A DNA stretch of 37,964 nucleotides from Anaerohalosphaeraceae bacterium (GTDB lineage Bacteria; Planctomycetota; Phycisphaerae; Sedimentisphaerales; Anaerohalosphaeraceae): NCBI GenBank assembly GCA_963675525.2, contig CAXXSL010000009.1:1-37964 (forward strand). The letters run 5' to 3'. Both the position numbers and the translations under genes were made by a program. Below, one piece after another: positions 1 through 10,400 of this stretch; within the stretch, counting starts at the first letter, position 1; each line of letters begins with the position of its first letter. The notes under the pieces are model-generated. The model was not told the origin of the DNA. It did no database searches and was given only the letters and a program-made list of their open reading frames with translations.

Positions 1-56
1 AGCTTCTCGAGCGTTCCGGCCGGAGCCAGCAGTTCGGGTTTTGAGGATGATGTCAT
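1..56 (-). CDS. U32 family peptidase-like protein (TrhP/RlhA/PrtC-type), 5' end only; runs off the window
   Basis: Hand translation from ATG at 56 on the minus strand gives MTSSSKPELLAPAGTLEK. 'KPELLAPAG' is the typical U32 family N-terminus. Confidence 0.8.
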   Translation of the reverse strand, partial: MTSSSKPELLAPAGTLEK

Positions 57-321
57 GTTTTTGACCTTGTTAAGTTGTCCCATAAAAACGAAGCATCATT
101 TATGCCATATTTTCCTCAAAAAAACAACGTTTGATTGCCAAAAGAATATTTTGTGCAACGGATTGCGGTTTTGCGCGTCTGTTTCAAATGAGAAGACAAC
201 GGTGAGAGAGAGCACTAATTTTGCCCCGAAAACGTGGTTTTTCTTGTGATTTTTGTTTTTTGTACTATTTTAGAAGATGTTATTGAAGGATTCGGAATTA
301 CTGTTTTTGAAAGGAAAGCGC

Positions 322-894
322 ATGGCCAGGCAGTCCATTCACAATTATTGTTTATTACTAATCAGTATAATGCTGATTTTATCAGGGTGTTCGAAGAAAG
401 AGGATGTTCCTGCGCCGCCGACAGATGATATGTCTTCAGTAACAACCAGCGAGAAAGTGGTTCCGCAGCAGGAAAGCGTGTCGAATCAAGAGGCTGAAAC
501 TCAAACGGTAACCTTTGACAAGGTGCTTGATTTGTGGAAGGCCGGTCAGAAAGAACAGGCGATTCAGTCATTTCTCAGTATAGACTGGAAGCGTCCGGAT
601 ATATTCGTGCCCGGTTCGATTTTTGGTATTTCAGAAGCCGAATTCGTTAAGCTGCCGGAAAGTCAACGTTTGGAAATTCAGCAAAAAAGCACAGAGACGG
701 CGAAAGCGATCAGGGAGATTTCAAAATACATGATAGCACAGACTCAACAAACAAATTCTAAAGTAGAAAGATATCGTGAAGCACTTTTGGCCTGCGGTCG
801 GCGATTGTCCGGCGGTGACCAGCTTGCAATTATACAAATGGTAGGAAAAGCAGTCACCGGCTATGTGGAAAAGGAATTACCACCGGGGAATTAA
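322..894 (+). CDS. Hypothetical lipoprotein
   Basis: Part of ORF 277..894. Likely start is ATG 322 after the purine-rich AAGGAAAG. Hydrophobic signal ends in lipobox ILSG|C, followed by a Pro/Ser/Thr-rich linker. Confidence 0.7.
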   Translation: MARQSIHNYCLLLISIMLILSGCSKKEDVPAPPTDDMSSVTTSEKVVPQQESVSNQEAETQTVTFDKVLDLWKAGQKEQAIQSFLSIDWKRPDIFVPGSIFGISEAEFVKLPESQRLEIQQKSTETAKAIREISKYMIAQTQQTNSKVERYREALLACGRRLSGGDQLAIIQMVGKAVTGYVEKELPPGN

Positions 895-1051
895 GTATAA
901 AAAGGGAGAGCCAAACCAGATTTGTCGTGAAACCGAAGGCGTGGCGAAAAAAGAGGTCATGTATTCCTGTCCGCATTGCGAGAAGGTGATTGGTTTTGCC
1001 TTCTTTTTGGGCGGTGTGCTAACCGGGCGTCCGTAACGAAAATGAATTAAT

Positions 1052-1642
1052 ATGTACGTAAAAATCTCAGCAATTATCGGGGTGATAACGGGTTTATGTT
1101 TGATCATTTTCAGACATAGCTTCTCCAAGAGCATTCTTCGCGGACAAATTGATAAATCGAAGAAAGAAAAAAATATTGAAAATTTTAAACGATTAAAAGA
1201 AATGCGTCTTGATGGTTTTTTGTCAAGATTTCTTGGAATTCAGGTGGCTTTCATCGGGACGGTTTTGGTGTTAATGTATATTCCCACTTTTTTCCCTCAA
1301 TCTCGCAGAGTTATATATACCATTGTGGAATTTCTTGTTTTTAGCGTTTTTTCTGTTGGCGGGGCAGGATTGATCTTAGGGACTTTGCTAAGGCGATTTC
1401 TTTTTGGAAAAATCGAGAAATATATGCATGAAAAACAAGCCCTCCAAGTATTTACTTCAAATGGGAGTGTCAGAAATTTTCCTGAGATATGCGGTTCAAA
1501 TGCTGAAAACGGCGAAAAAATTGAAGATCCAATTCTCAAGGCTTTGCAAAAGAAGAGTGCGATAAAAGCGATAATTTGTTTTGTTATTCTTTACCTCATA
1601 TTTTTATCTTCATTTTTCATATTAGTAAATACTGTAAAGTGA
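1052..1642 (+). CDS. Hypothetical membrane protein (about 4 TM segments), AT-rich
   Basis: 196-aa ORF with several hydrophobic stretches and no recognisable motif. Confidence 0.65.
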   Translation: MYVKISAIIGVITGLCLIIFRHSFSKSILRGQIDKSKKEKNIENFKRLKEMRLDGFLSRFLGIQVAFIGTVLVLMYIPTFFPQSRRVIYTIVEFLVFSVFSVGGAGLILGTLLRRFLFGKIEKYMHEKQALQVFTSNGSVRNFPEICGSNAENGEKIEDPILKALQKKSAIKAIICFVILYLIFLSSFFILVNTVK

Positions 1643-1689
1643 GTTATATCGACAACCTGCAGAGAGGATGGATTTAATTTAAAATGAAT

Positions 1690-2360
1690 TTATTCAGAGT
1701 ATCCGTATTTACCGATGAGTTTGACGAATCGGCAGCCGCAGATGGCTTGCTGCTGCAATTGTCCGTTCCTTGCTTTTCCGCAACGATTAGGTCCTGTGTC
1801 CAGCGGGCCGCCGACGGGGGCGACCAGCAGGCCGCCTTCCTTGAGTTGATTTTTCCAGCGGTTCGGGAATCTGCGGCATCGCGGCGGTGACGATAATGCG
1901 GTCGAACTGCTTCTCTCTCCGGCCAGCCGGAACTGCCGTCACCGATATAATAGTCGATATTCTCAAGTCCCAGTGAAGCCAGTGCCGTCTGAGCTGCTTC
2001 GGCTAATTCATTGAATCGTTCGATGGTATAGACTTTTTTGGCCAGCTGTTGCCAAAAGGGAGGTCTGGTAGCCGCTGCCGGTACCGATTTCGAGGATACT
2101 TCTTCGTTGCCGGTCAGTTTCAGGCACTGGGTCATCAAGGCGACGATGTACGGTTGGCTGATGGTCTGGCCGATGCCGATGGGCAGGGGATTGTCGTCAT
2201 AACTTTGTGCGGCATATTTGAGGGGCACAAAAATCTCTCGCGGGATTTCGGCGATTGCCTTTAACACACGTTCATCATTGATATCACGCCCTTTTAAGTG
2301 GTGTTCGATCATGACCCGGCGGGAGATTTCGTATATATTTTTTTCGTCATAACTTACCAT
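1690..2360 (-). CDS. pcm: Protein-L-isoaspartate O-methyltransferase, frameshifted in this sequence
   Basis: PREIFVP...YDDNPLPIGIGQTISQPYIVALMT is in frame. LEIGTGSGYQT (SAM motif I) lies in another frame near 2060-2095, followed by GDGSSGWPE and a C-terminus CRFVKLIGKYGYSE* ending at TAA 1690-1692. Several 1-nt indels. Confidence 0.88.
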
Positions 2361-2522
2361 GTTTCCATCATGTGTTGTTTTAAGTGAGATTTCAACGAAA
2401 TTATTAAAATATCGATTATGTGAATCAGTCATTTCGCCGACATGACAGCAGTCAAAATCGGGGATTATCTATATGGACTGACACCCGATAAAAAGCAGAT
2501 TTAGGGACGAAGATTAAAAATA

Positions 2523-2918
2523 ATGACCTATGAAAGCAAACATCCTGATTTTCCGATCGACTGGTGTGATCTGTTCGATCGGATCGATGACGAAGAGATT
2601 ATTATTGAATTTGCCCGATCTTTCGCCAAAAACGGCGAAAAAATCATGTCCTCGCTGCAACAGGCTGTCGCCGGGGAAGATCCCGAAGAAATAGAACTGT
2701 ATGCCCATGCACTGAAGGGCTCGGCTTCCAATATCGGGGCGATTTGGCTGGCGAAAGTGTGCTGGCAACTGGAGAAAACGGCCGCCGAAAAACATGTCGA
2801 GAAAGCAATCGAGTTATTTAGGAAGATCACCTCCGAATATTCGGCACTCAAAGCGCTTCTGGAAAAGCCGGACTGGGTCCAGAAAGCCAAAGATGCTTCG
2901 TTGGTCAAGACTCGGTGA
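2523..2918 (+). CDS. Hpt (histidine phosphotransfer) domain protein
   Basis: Motif AHALKGSASNIGA...CWQLE, typical of a stand-alone Hpt domain. Confidence 0.9.
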   Translation: MTYESKHPDFPIDWCDLFDRIDDEEIIIEFARSFAKNGEKIMSSLQQAVAGEDPEEIELYAHALKGSASNIGAIWLAKVCWQLEKTAAEKHVEKAIELFRKITSEYSALKALLEKPDWVQKAKDASLVKTR

Positions 2919-3105
2919 GAATCCGGAATCCGTTTTCCTGTTCACAATACTTCAAAATAAATCTTGTTTGCCCTTCGTTTGCGCACGAAAACAGGCGTAT
3001 CAATGCTGGCAGTATGCCGACAATCCAATCGAGCTAACACCACTTAAAGAGCAAAAAGACATACCAATGGGGCGATCTGAAAGTCACACTCATCTTTATC
3101 CGGTC

Positions 3106-3133
3106 TTGACGTTTGCACTGAATTAGCCATAAT
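3106..3133 (+). promoter_or_regulatory. sigma70-type promoter of bioA (probably leaderless)
   Basis: TTGACG (3106-3111), 16 nt, CATAAT (3128-3133), 8 nt, then ATG 3142. No SD sequence. Confidence 0.55.
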
Positions 3134-3141
3134 AGCACCCC

Positions 3142-4506
3142 ATGAATGCGAAAACCAAAAAACTCATTGAACTGGACAAGCAATATCTTTGGCATCCGTT
3201 CACGCAAATGGCCGACTGGCTGGTGTCCGAACCGGTGGTCATCGAGTCGGGCGAGGGATTTTACCTTGTCGATACCGAGGGCCGGCGCTACATTGACGGT
3301 GTCAGCAGTTTGTGGTGCAATGTTCACGGTCATCGGGTAAAAAAAATCGACGACGCTATCGCTGCGCAACTGGAAAGAATCGCCCACAGTACGCTGCTGG
3401 GACTGGGCCAGAGTGTTTCGATCGAACTGGCCGAAAAGCTGGTACGGATCACGCCGGCGGGATTGGAAAAGGTGTTTTATTCCGACAGCGGGGCGACGGC
3501 GGTTGAGATTGCCATTAAGATGGCGTATCAATATTGGCAAAATATCGGACAAACCGGCAGAACAAAATTTATTTCGCTCAAAGAGGCCTATCACGGTGAT
3601 ACGGTCGGTTCGGTTAGCGTCGGCGGGATGGATTTGTTTCATGGTATTTTTAAGTCATTGCTGTTTGAAACCTTTTATGCTCCCACTCCACATCCGTATC
3701 GTTTTGATGGAACAGAGCAACAATGCGGCGATCACGGTCTTAAGGCGATAGAAGACTTGTTGAAATCGCACGCCGGGCAAATCGCCGGGATTCTTGTTGA
3801 ACCGCTTGTGCAGGGGGCGGCGGGAATCATTGTGCATCCGAAGGGATTTTTGAAGGGCGTTGAGGCGTTGGCGCGTAAGTATGATACGCTGCTGATTGTG
3901 GACGAAGTGGCGATGGGATTCGGGCGGACGGGAAAGATGTTTGCCTGTGAGCATGAGGCTGTGCGGCCGGACTTGATGTGTATCGCCAAGGGGATTAGCG
4001 CCGGTTATCTGCCGCTGGCGGCGACGCTGACGACGCAAAAGATTTTTGATGCGTTTGCGGTTTCCGGCGATATTCACAAAACTTTTTATCACGGCCATAC
4101 CTATACCGGCAATGCGCTGGGGTGTGCCGCGGCGTTGGCGTCGTTAGAATTGTTCGAGGAAAACCATATTCTTGAAACGCTGCCGGAAAAGATTCAGTTG
4201 ATCGCGGAATGTTTTGAGAAATTTAAAGACTTGCCGTATGTTGGTGATGTCCGTCAGTGCGGGATGGTCGGCGGTATCGAGCTGGTGGCCGATAAAAAGA
4301 CGAAACAATCGTTTCCATCCGCACAAAAAATCGGCGCCAAAGTCTGCGAAGCGATGCGGTCGAAGGGTGCGATGATGCGGCCGCTGGGAAATGTCATCGT
4401 TTTGATGCCCGCGGTGGCGATGGATATGGAAACATTACGGAAATTGCTGGGTATTATTGAAGGTACATTGATAAATCATGTCCCAGAATTGATCATAAAA
4501 CAGTGA
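3142..4506 (+). CDS. bioA: Adenosylmethionine-8-amino-7-oxononanoate transaminase
   Basis: WHPFTQM, DGVSSLWCNVHGH, AYHGDTVG, DEVAMGFGRTG, PLP-Lys motif AKGISAGYLP, FYHGHTYTGN. bioD is nearby. Confidence 0.96.
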   Translation: MNAKTKKLIELDKQYLWHPFTQMADWLVSEPVVIESGEGFYLVDTEGRRYIDGVSSLWCNVHGHRVKKIDDAIAAQLERIAHSTLLGLGQSVSIELAEKLVRITPAGLEKVFYSDSGATAVEIAIKMAYQYWQNIGQTGRTKFISLKEAYHGDTVGSVSVGGMDLFHGIFKSLLFETFYAPTPHPYRFDGTEQQCGDHGLKAIEDLLKSHAGQIAGILVEPLVQGAAGIIVHPKGFLKGVEALARKYDTLLIVDEVAMGFGRTGKMFACEHEAVRPDLMCIAKGISAGYLPLAATLTTQKIFDAFAVSGDIHKTFYHGHTYTGNALGCAAALASLELFEENHILETLPEKIQLIAECFEKFKDLPYVGDVRQCGMVGGIELVADKKTKQSFPSAQKIGAKVCEAMRSKGAMMRPLGNVIVLMPAVAMDMETLRKLLGIIEGTLINHVPELIIKQ

Positions 4507-4544
4507 GTATGCTAAAGACATTAGTTTTTAAATAAGGGTTTGAG

Positions 4545-5033
4545 GTGATCACTAAACTCGGAAAAAAGAAAACTTTAATTAGTATCGCCATTTCACTGAT
4601 CATTTTTATGTTGATTGGCATTTGGGGCTATTGTCGTGTGCAACAAGAGTTATGTTTTGTGAACATGAGGAGCTTGATCAGTTGTATTCATGTATATATG
4701 AATGATTATGATAATAGATATCCTACACCACAGGAATGGTGCGATCTTCTTAAAGAGGAAGCAATGACCCCAGAAAGTGACTTTAAGTGTCCGGGGGCAA
4801 AAAAAGGTCCGTGTACCTATGCTTTGAATGAGAATGTATCAATTTACAAGTTTGGTATTGCTCCTGACGATCTTGTGTTTATGTTTGAAGCCAAACCTGG
4901 CTGGAATCAGGTGGGAGGTAGTGAGTTACTTACTACAGAGTACCACGAGGGACGGGGTTGCCATATTATGTATGCGAATCTTACCGTGGAATTTGTTAAA
5001 GAAGAAAATTTAGAATCCTTACGATGGAACTAA
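4545..5033 (+). CDS. Membrane-anchored DUF1559/H-X9-DG-like planctomycete protein
   Basis: N-terminal TM, C..NMRSL...IHVYMNDYDNRYP, WCDLL, FKCP, YALN, and C-terminal HEGRGCHIMYANLTVEF (H-X9-DG-like, but with NL). AT-rich. Confidence 0.7.
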   Translation: MITKLGKKKTLISIAISLIIFMLIGIWGYCRVQQELCFVNMRSLISCIHVYMNDYDNRYPTPQEWCDLLKEEAMTPESDFKCPGAKKGPCTYALNENVSIYKFGIAPDDLVFMFEAKPGWNQVGGSELLTTEYHEGRGCHIMYANLTVEFVKEENLESLRWN

Positions 5034-5067
5034 ACCAGGTAAACATAATACTTTTAGTTTGATTATT

Positions 5068-5802
5068 ATGCTAAATTTAAAACTCCCAAAAAAAAACGGG
5101 TTGTTTATTACCGGCACCGATACCGGCGTGGGGAAAACGCTGATTACCGGCGGGATTGCGGCGGTTCTGCGACGGCAGGGGCTGAAGGTCGGCGTGTTTA
5201 AGCCGATTGCCTCCGGCTGTCGTGACGAAGGCATTCTCATCAGCGACGATACGGAATTTTTGGCGCTGTGTGCGGATGCGGATTATTCGCTGAGCGTGAT
5301 TACGCCGGTGACTTATAAAACGCCCGCCGCACCTATTACGTGTGCCCAACTGGAAAAGCGCCCGATTGATTACGATGAAATTTCGGTATCCTATCATTAT
5401 CTGTGCGAAAATACCGATGTCGTTCTCGTCGAAGGTATCGGCGGGGCGATGGTGCCGCTGGATGCCGAACATACGGTTCTGGATCTGGCGGTTGAGTTTA
5501 ACCTGCCGACGGTAATCGTTGCCCGTCCGAACCTGGGGACGATCAATCACAGCCTGCTGACGATTGAGGCTGTACGAAATGCCGGATTACCTCTGGCGGG
5601 GCTTGTGATTTGTGGTTACAATGCCTTTGATGCGGATATTGCTGAAGAAACCGCTCCGGATGTTATTTGCGGCTTTGGTGATACGAATCTGCTCTCGATC
5701 GTACCGTACGATGAAGAATCCAGCGTCGAAGACGGCCGACTGGGCGAAGGAATCATAGAAACCCTCCAGTTTTGCGACTGGAATGCAATAAGTAAAATCT
5801 AA
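5068..5802 (+). CDS. bioD: Dethiobiotin synthase
   Basis: GLFITGTDTGVGKT P-loop, FKPIASG, VEGIGG, LGTINHSLLT. Confidence 0.96.
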   Translation: MLNLKLPKKNGLFITGTDTGVGKTLITGGIAAVLRRQGLKVGVFKPIASGCRDEGILISDDTEFLALCADADYSLSVITPVTYKTPAAPITCAQLEKRPIDYDEISVSYHYLCENTDVVLVEGIGGAMVPLDAEHTVLDLAVEFNLPTVIVARPNLGTINHSLLTIEAVRNAGLPLAGLVICGYNAFDADIAEETAPDVICGFGDTNLLSIVPYDEESSVEDGRLGEGIIETLQFCDWNAISKI

Positions 5803-5819
5803 TAGATAAGGATATAATC

Positions 5820-7433
5820 ATGTCGACACGGCAGGCGGATATTCGGCGTTATTTGGTTCCGGTCAATACGGTTTCGACACAGCAGTTGTTTACGGACTGT
5901 CTGGTCATCGGTTCCGGGATCGCGGGGCTTCGGGCGGCGTTAGAGGCCGCCGAACATTGCAATGTCACGCTGGTCTGTAAAGGCACCTTCTCCGACAGCA
6001 ATACCTGGAACGCCCAGGGGGGCATTGCCTCGGTGCTGGACAAGGCGGATAGTTTCCAATCGCATATCGACGATACGCTGAAAACCTGCTGCGGCATCGG
6101 CGATGCGGAAGTCGTCGCTCGCGTGGTGAAAGAAGGGCCGAGCCTGGTCCGCCAGCTTATCGAGTGGGGAACGGATTTTGACCGGGTTAACGGGGAAATT
6201 GATATCACGCTGGAAGGTGGTCACAGTCATGCTCGTATTGCTCATTCTCACGGCGACTCCACCGGGCGCGGCATTGCTGAAAGTCTGGGCCGCAAAGTAC
6301 GGCAAACGGAATCGATCAATGTGATCGAGAATTTTTTCACGATTGACCTGCTGACGAACGAAAAGAACGAATGCATCGGCGTGGTTGGATTGCGGCCCAG
6401 TGGCAGCCTGCAAATCATCTGGGCGGGCGCGACGATTCTGGCGACCGGCGGGGCGGGGCGGCTGTATCGGGAAACAACTAATCCCGAATGCGCGACCGCA
6501 GATGGATTGGGCATGGTTTGGCGGGCTGGGGCAATTCTTCGAGACATGGAGTTCATGCAGTTTCACCCGACGACGCTGTATATCGCCGGGGCTTCGCGTG
6601 CACTGATGACCGAGACGCTTCGCGGCGAGGGCGGTGTTTTACGTGACTGCAACCAGGAACGGTTTATGAAAGACTACGACCCGGCGGGCGAACTGGCACC
6701 GCGTGATGTGGTCAGCCGGGCGATTCTCGACCGGATGCTCAAAACCGGCGCGACGCATGTGTATCTGGATATCCGGCATTTTGACAAGGCCCATTTTAAA
6801 AAGCGGTTTCCGCTGATCAGCGAACTGTGCGAAAGCTTCGATATTGATATTTCCAAAGACCTCATTCCCGTTCGTCCCAGCGCCCATTATATGATCGGCG
6901 GCGTCAAGACGGACGAAAATGCGGGAACGAATATCGACCGGCTGTTTGCCTGCGGCGAAGTGGCGTCCACCGGCCTTCACGGGGCCAATCGTTTAGGCAG
7001 TAATTCACTTTTAGAAGGGCTGGTTTTCGGTAAGATCGCGGGCCAATCCGCCGCTGCGATGACCAACGGCACAGCCAGAGCCGAACATCACCGGATGCAG
7101 TTCGATGTGCCGGTGTCGGATCGCAGCCGGCTCGATGCCGAAGACGTGCGGAACTCGCTGCGGGCACTAATGTGGCGCAATGTCGGCATCACCCGGCAGG
7201 AAATACCGCTGACCGAGGCCGCCGAGATCATCGCCTTCTGGCAGCGGTATGTGATGGACAAGGTTTTCACCAGCCCCTTCGGCTGGGAGTGCCAGAACAT
7301 GCTGACTGTGGCTGGGTTGATGGCTTATGCCGCCAGGCAGCGAAAAGAATCCCGCGGCGTCCACTATCGCCATGACTTCCCCGAACGCGACGACAAAACC
7401 TTCGCCCACCACATCGAACTCAAACGGGAATAA
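5820..7433 (+). CDS. nadB: L-aspartate oxidase
   Basis: GSGIAGL FAD motif, AQGGIA, LEGGHSHARI, MEFMQFHPT, ELAPRDVVSR, HYMIGG, GLHGANRLGSNSLLEG, ESRGVHYR. Confidence 0.95.
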   Translation: MSTRQADIRRYLVPVNTVSTQQLFTDCLVIGSGIAGLRAALEAAEHCNVTLVCKGTFSDSNTWNAQGGIASVLDKADSFQSHIDDTLKTCCGIGDAEVVARVVKEGPSLVRQLIEWGTDFDRVNGEIDITLEGGHSHARIAHSHGDSTGRGIAESLGRKVRQTESINVIENFFTIDLLTNEKNECIGVVGLRPSGSLQIIWAGATILATGGAGRLYRETTNPECATADGLGMVWRAGAILRDMEFMQFHPTTLYIAGASRALMTETLRGEGGVLRDCNQERFMKDYDPAGELAPRDVVSRAILDRMLKTGATHVYLDIRHFDKAHFKKRFPLISELCESFDIDISKDLIPVRPSAHYMIGGVKTDENAGTNIDRLFACGEVASTGLHGANRLGSNSLLEGLVFGKIAGQSAAAMTNGTARAEHHRMQFDVPVSDRSRLDAEDVRNSLRALMWRNVGITRQEIPLTEAAEIIAFWQRYVMDKVFTSPFGWECQNMLTVAGLMAYAARQRKESRGVHYRHDFPERDDKTFAHHIELKRE

Positions 7434-7465
7434 ATAACTTCATAGCCCTTTAGGGGCATAGTGGT

Positions 7466-10400
7466 TTATGATATTTCCGCGTGGTATTCCTGCAAGGACT
7501 TCACGTCCGCATCACGTTTTAGTTTTGCGGCGATTCCCTTGGCCGTCGCCGCCGCGGCCGTTGCGGTTGTGATATACGGAATCTTGTATTTGATCGCGGC
7601 CTTTCGAATATAGGAATCATCATGTTGGCTCTGTTTGCCGATGGGGGTATTGATGATCAGTTGGATTTCCTTGTTTTTGATACAATCGATAATATTGGGC
7701 CTGCCCTCATACACTTTCAGGACGGGTTTTGCGGGAATTCCCTTTTTTGTCAGAAATTGACAAGTCCCTTCCGTTGCGAGAATCTTAAAGCCCATATCGG
7801 CAAACTGTTTGGCTGTTTCCGTGATGTAAGTCTTATCCTGCTTGGCGACCGTAATCAGAACGGTTCCGGCCGAAGGCAGTGTTTCCTGGGTTGCTTCCTG
7901 AGCCTTGAAGAATGCCAGCCCGAACGAATCGGCCAGCCCCAGCACCTCGCCGGTTGATCGCATCTCCGGACCGAGCAGCGGGTCAACTTCCGGGAACATT
8001 TTGAAGGGGAATACCGCTTCTTTAACGCCGAAGTGCGGGAACTTTTTCTGCCGCAGATTCATCTGGGACAGTTTTTTGCCGAGCATGACCTGTGTAGCAA
8101 GCTTGGCCATTGAAATGCCGCATACCTTCGACACCAACGGAACGGTTCTGGACGCCCGCGGGTTGGCTTCGAGGACATACACGATATCATCGGCGATGGC
8201 GTACTGAATATTCATCAATCCGACAACATTCAATTGGGTGGCGATTTTCCGGGTGTATTCGCAGATGGTATCCAGATGCTTTTGCGGAATCGATACCGGG
8301 GGAATCACACAGGCCGAATCACCGGAATGGATTCCGGCCAGTTCAATATGTTCCATCACCGCCGGGACAAACGCATCCTTACCGTCAGCGATGGCGTCGG
8401 CTTCGGCCTCAATCGCATTGACGAGGAATTTGTCAATCAGGATGGGTCGTTCGGGAGTGACCTCAACGGCTGCGGCAACATACTGGCGGAGGGCGTCTTC
8501 ATCGTAAACGACCTCCATGCCGCGTCCTCCCAGTACATAGGACGGCCGGACTATCAGCGGGTAGCCGATTTGAGCGGCGATTTCGAGGGCGCCTTCGAGC
8601 GTGCTGGCCATACCGGATTCCGGCATGGGGATGTTGAGTTTTTCCATAATCTTTCTGAACCGGTCACGGTCTTCTGCCAAATCGATGGTTTCGGGTGTGG
8701 TGCCGATGATTTTAACGCCGGCTTCTTCGAGCTGCCGGGCGATATTAAGCGGCGTCTGCCCGCCGAACTGGACGATAACGCCTTCGGGTTTTTCCTTTTC
8801 ATAAATACTCAGCACATCCTCGACCGTCAACGGTTCAAAATAGAGCTTGTCCGACGTATCGTAGTCTGTCGAAACGGTTTCGGGATTACAGTTGACCATG
8901 ATCGTTTCGAAACCTTCTTCTCTTAACGTAAAGGCCGTATGGACGCAGCAATAATCGAATTCAATGCCCTGACCGATTCGATTGGGGCCGCCGCCTAACA
9001 CCATGATCTTGCGGTTGTTCGATGTGCCGACCTGATCGGGTGCATTATAGGTGGAGTAATAATAGGCCGCATCTTCAACGCCGCTGACGGGAACAGCTTC
9101 CCATGCTTCAGACATACCAAGTTTAATTCGTTGTTTTCGGATATCTTTTTCCGGCACGTCAAGCAGCTTCGCCAGGTAGGCATCCGCAAAGCCGTCTTTC
9201 TTGGCTTGTTTAAGAAGTTTATCCGGCAGTGATTTGCCCTTGTGTTTCAGCAGCGATTCTTCCAGATCCACCAATTCCTTCATCTGTTCGATAAACCATT
9301 TCTTGATATAGGTTTTTTCGTGCAGCGTATCGATGTCCGCGCCTTTTCGCAAGGCTTCGTACATCAGAAACTGCCGTTCACTGGTCGGAAATGTTAAACG
9401 CTGCATTAGTTCATCCAGCGAGAGCGTGTTGAAGTTCTTCGCAAATCCAAGACCGTATCGGCCGTTCTCAAGAGATCGTATGGCTTTCAGGAAGGCTTCT
9501 TTATAGTTCTTTCCGATACTCATGACTTCACCAACCGCACGCATTTGTGTGCCGAGTTTGTCCTCGGACCCTTTGAATTTCTCAAAGGCCCATCGAGCGA
9601 ACTTCACGACAACATAATCTCCCCAGGGGCTATATTTTTCCAGTGTGCCGCTGCGCCAGTAGGGGATCTCATCCAGCGTCAGACCGCCGGCAAGCATCGA
9701 TGAAATGAGTGCGATCGGAAATCCCGTTGCCTTGGAGGCCAGGGCCGAGGAACGCGAGGTTCTCGGGTTGATTTCAATGACAACCACGCGGCCGGTTTCC
9801 GGATCATGGGCAAACTGCACATTGGTTCCGCCGATAACGCCAATGGCGTCAACGATATCATAGGAATACTTCTGCAGCCGCTGCTGCAATTCCTTACTGA
9901 TGGTAAGCATCGGCGCGGTGCAATAGGAATCCCCGGTATGCACGCCCATGGCATCGACGTTTTCGATGAAGCAAACAGTGATTTTCTGTCCTTTGGAGTC
10001 CCGGACGACTTCCAGTTCCAGCTCTTCCCAGCCCAGAACAGATTCCTCAACCAATATCTGTCCGACCAGGCTGGCGGCAATACCGCGGGCGGCAATCGTT
10101 TGCAGTTCATCCATGTTATAGACCAATCCGCCGCCGGTACCGCCCATCGTATAGGCCGGGCGTATGACAATCGGAAATCCCAGTTCATCGGCGATGGCCT
10201 CGGCCTCCTCGACGGAAAGGGCAGGCTTGCTTTTGGGCATTTCGATGCCCAGCTTGTCCATGGTTTTTTTGAATTCGATTCGGTCTTCTCCCCGCTCGAT
10301 GGCGTCGATCTGTACGCCGATGACTTTCACGCCGTATTTTTCAAGAACACCGGCTTTGGCCAGTTCGGAAGAAAGATTCAATGCGCTTTGTCCGCCGAGA

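Noticed and set aside
1690..2360. Programmed frameshifting or true pseudogenisation of pcm (also lipA, fur)
   Set aside because: Motifs are intact across frames with no accumulation of substitutions, and the pattern matches sequencing indels.
2919..3141. BirA operator or riboswitch upstream of bioA
   Set aside because: No TGTAAAC-N14/16-GTTTACA-like palindrome or recognisable aptamer was seen, and the promoter appears to abut the start codon.
7434..7465. Terminator between convergent nadB and carB
   Set aside because: Only a weak GCCC...GGGC stem without a U-tract, so it is not supportable.
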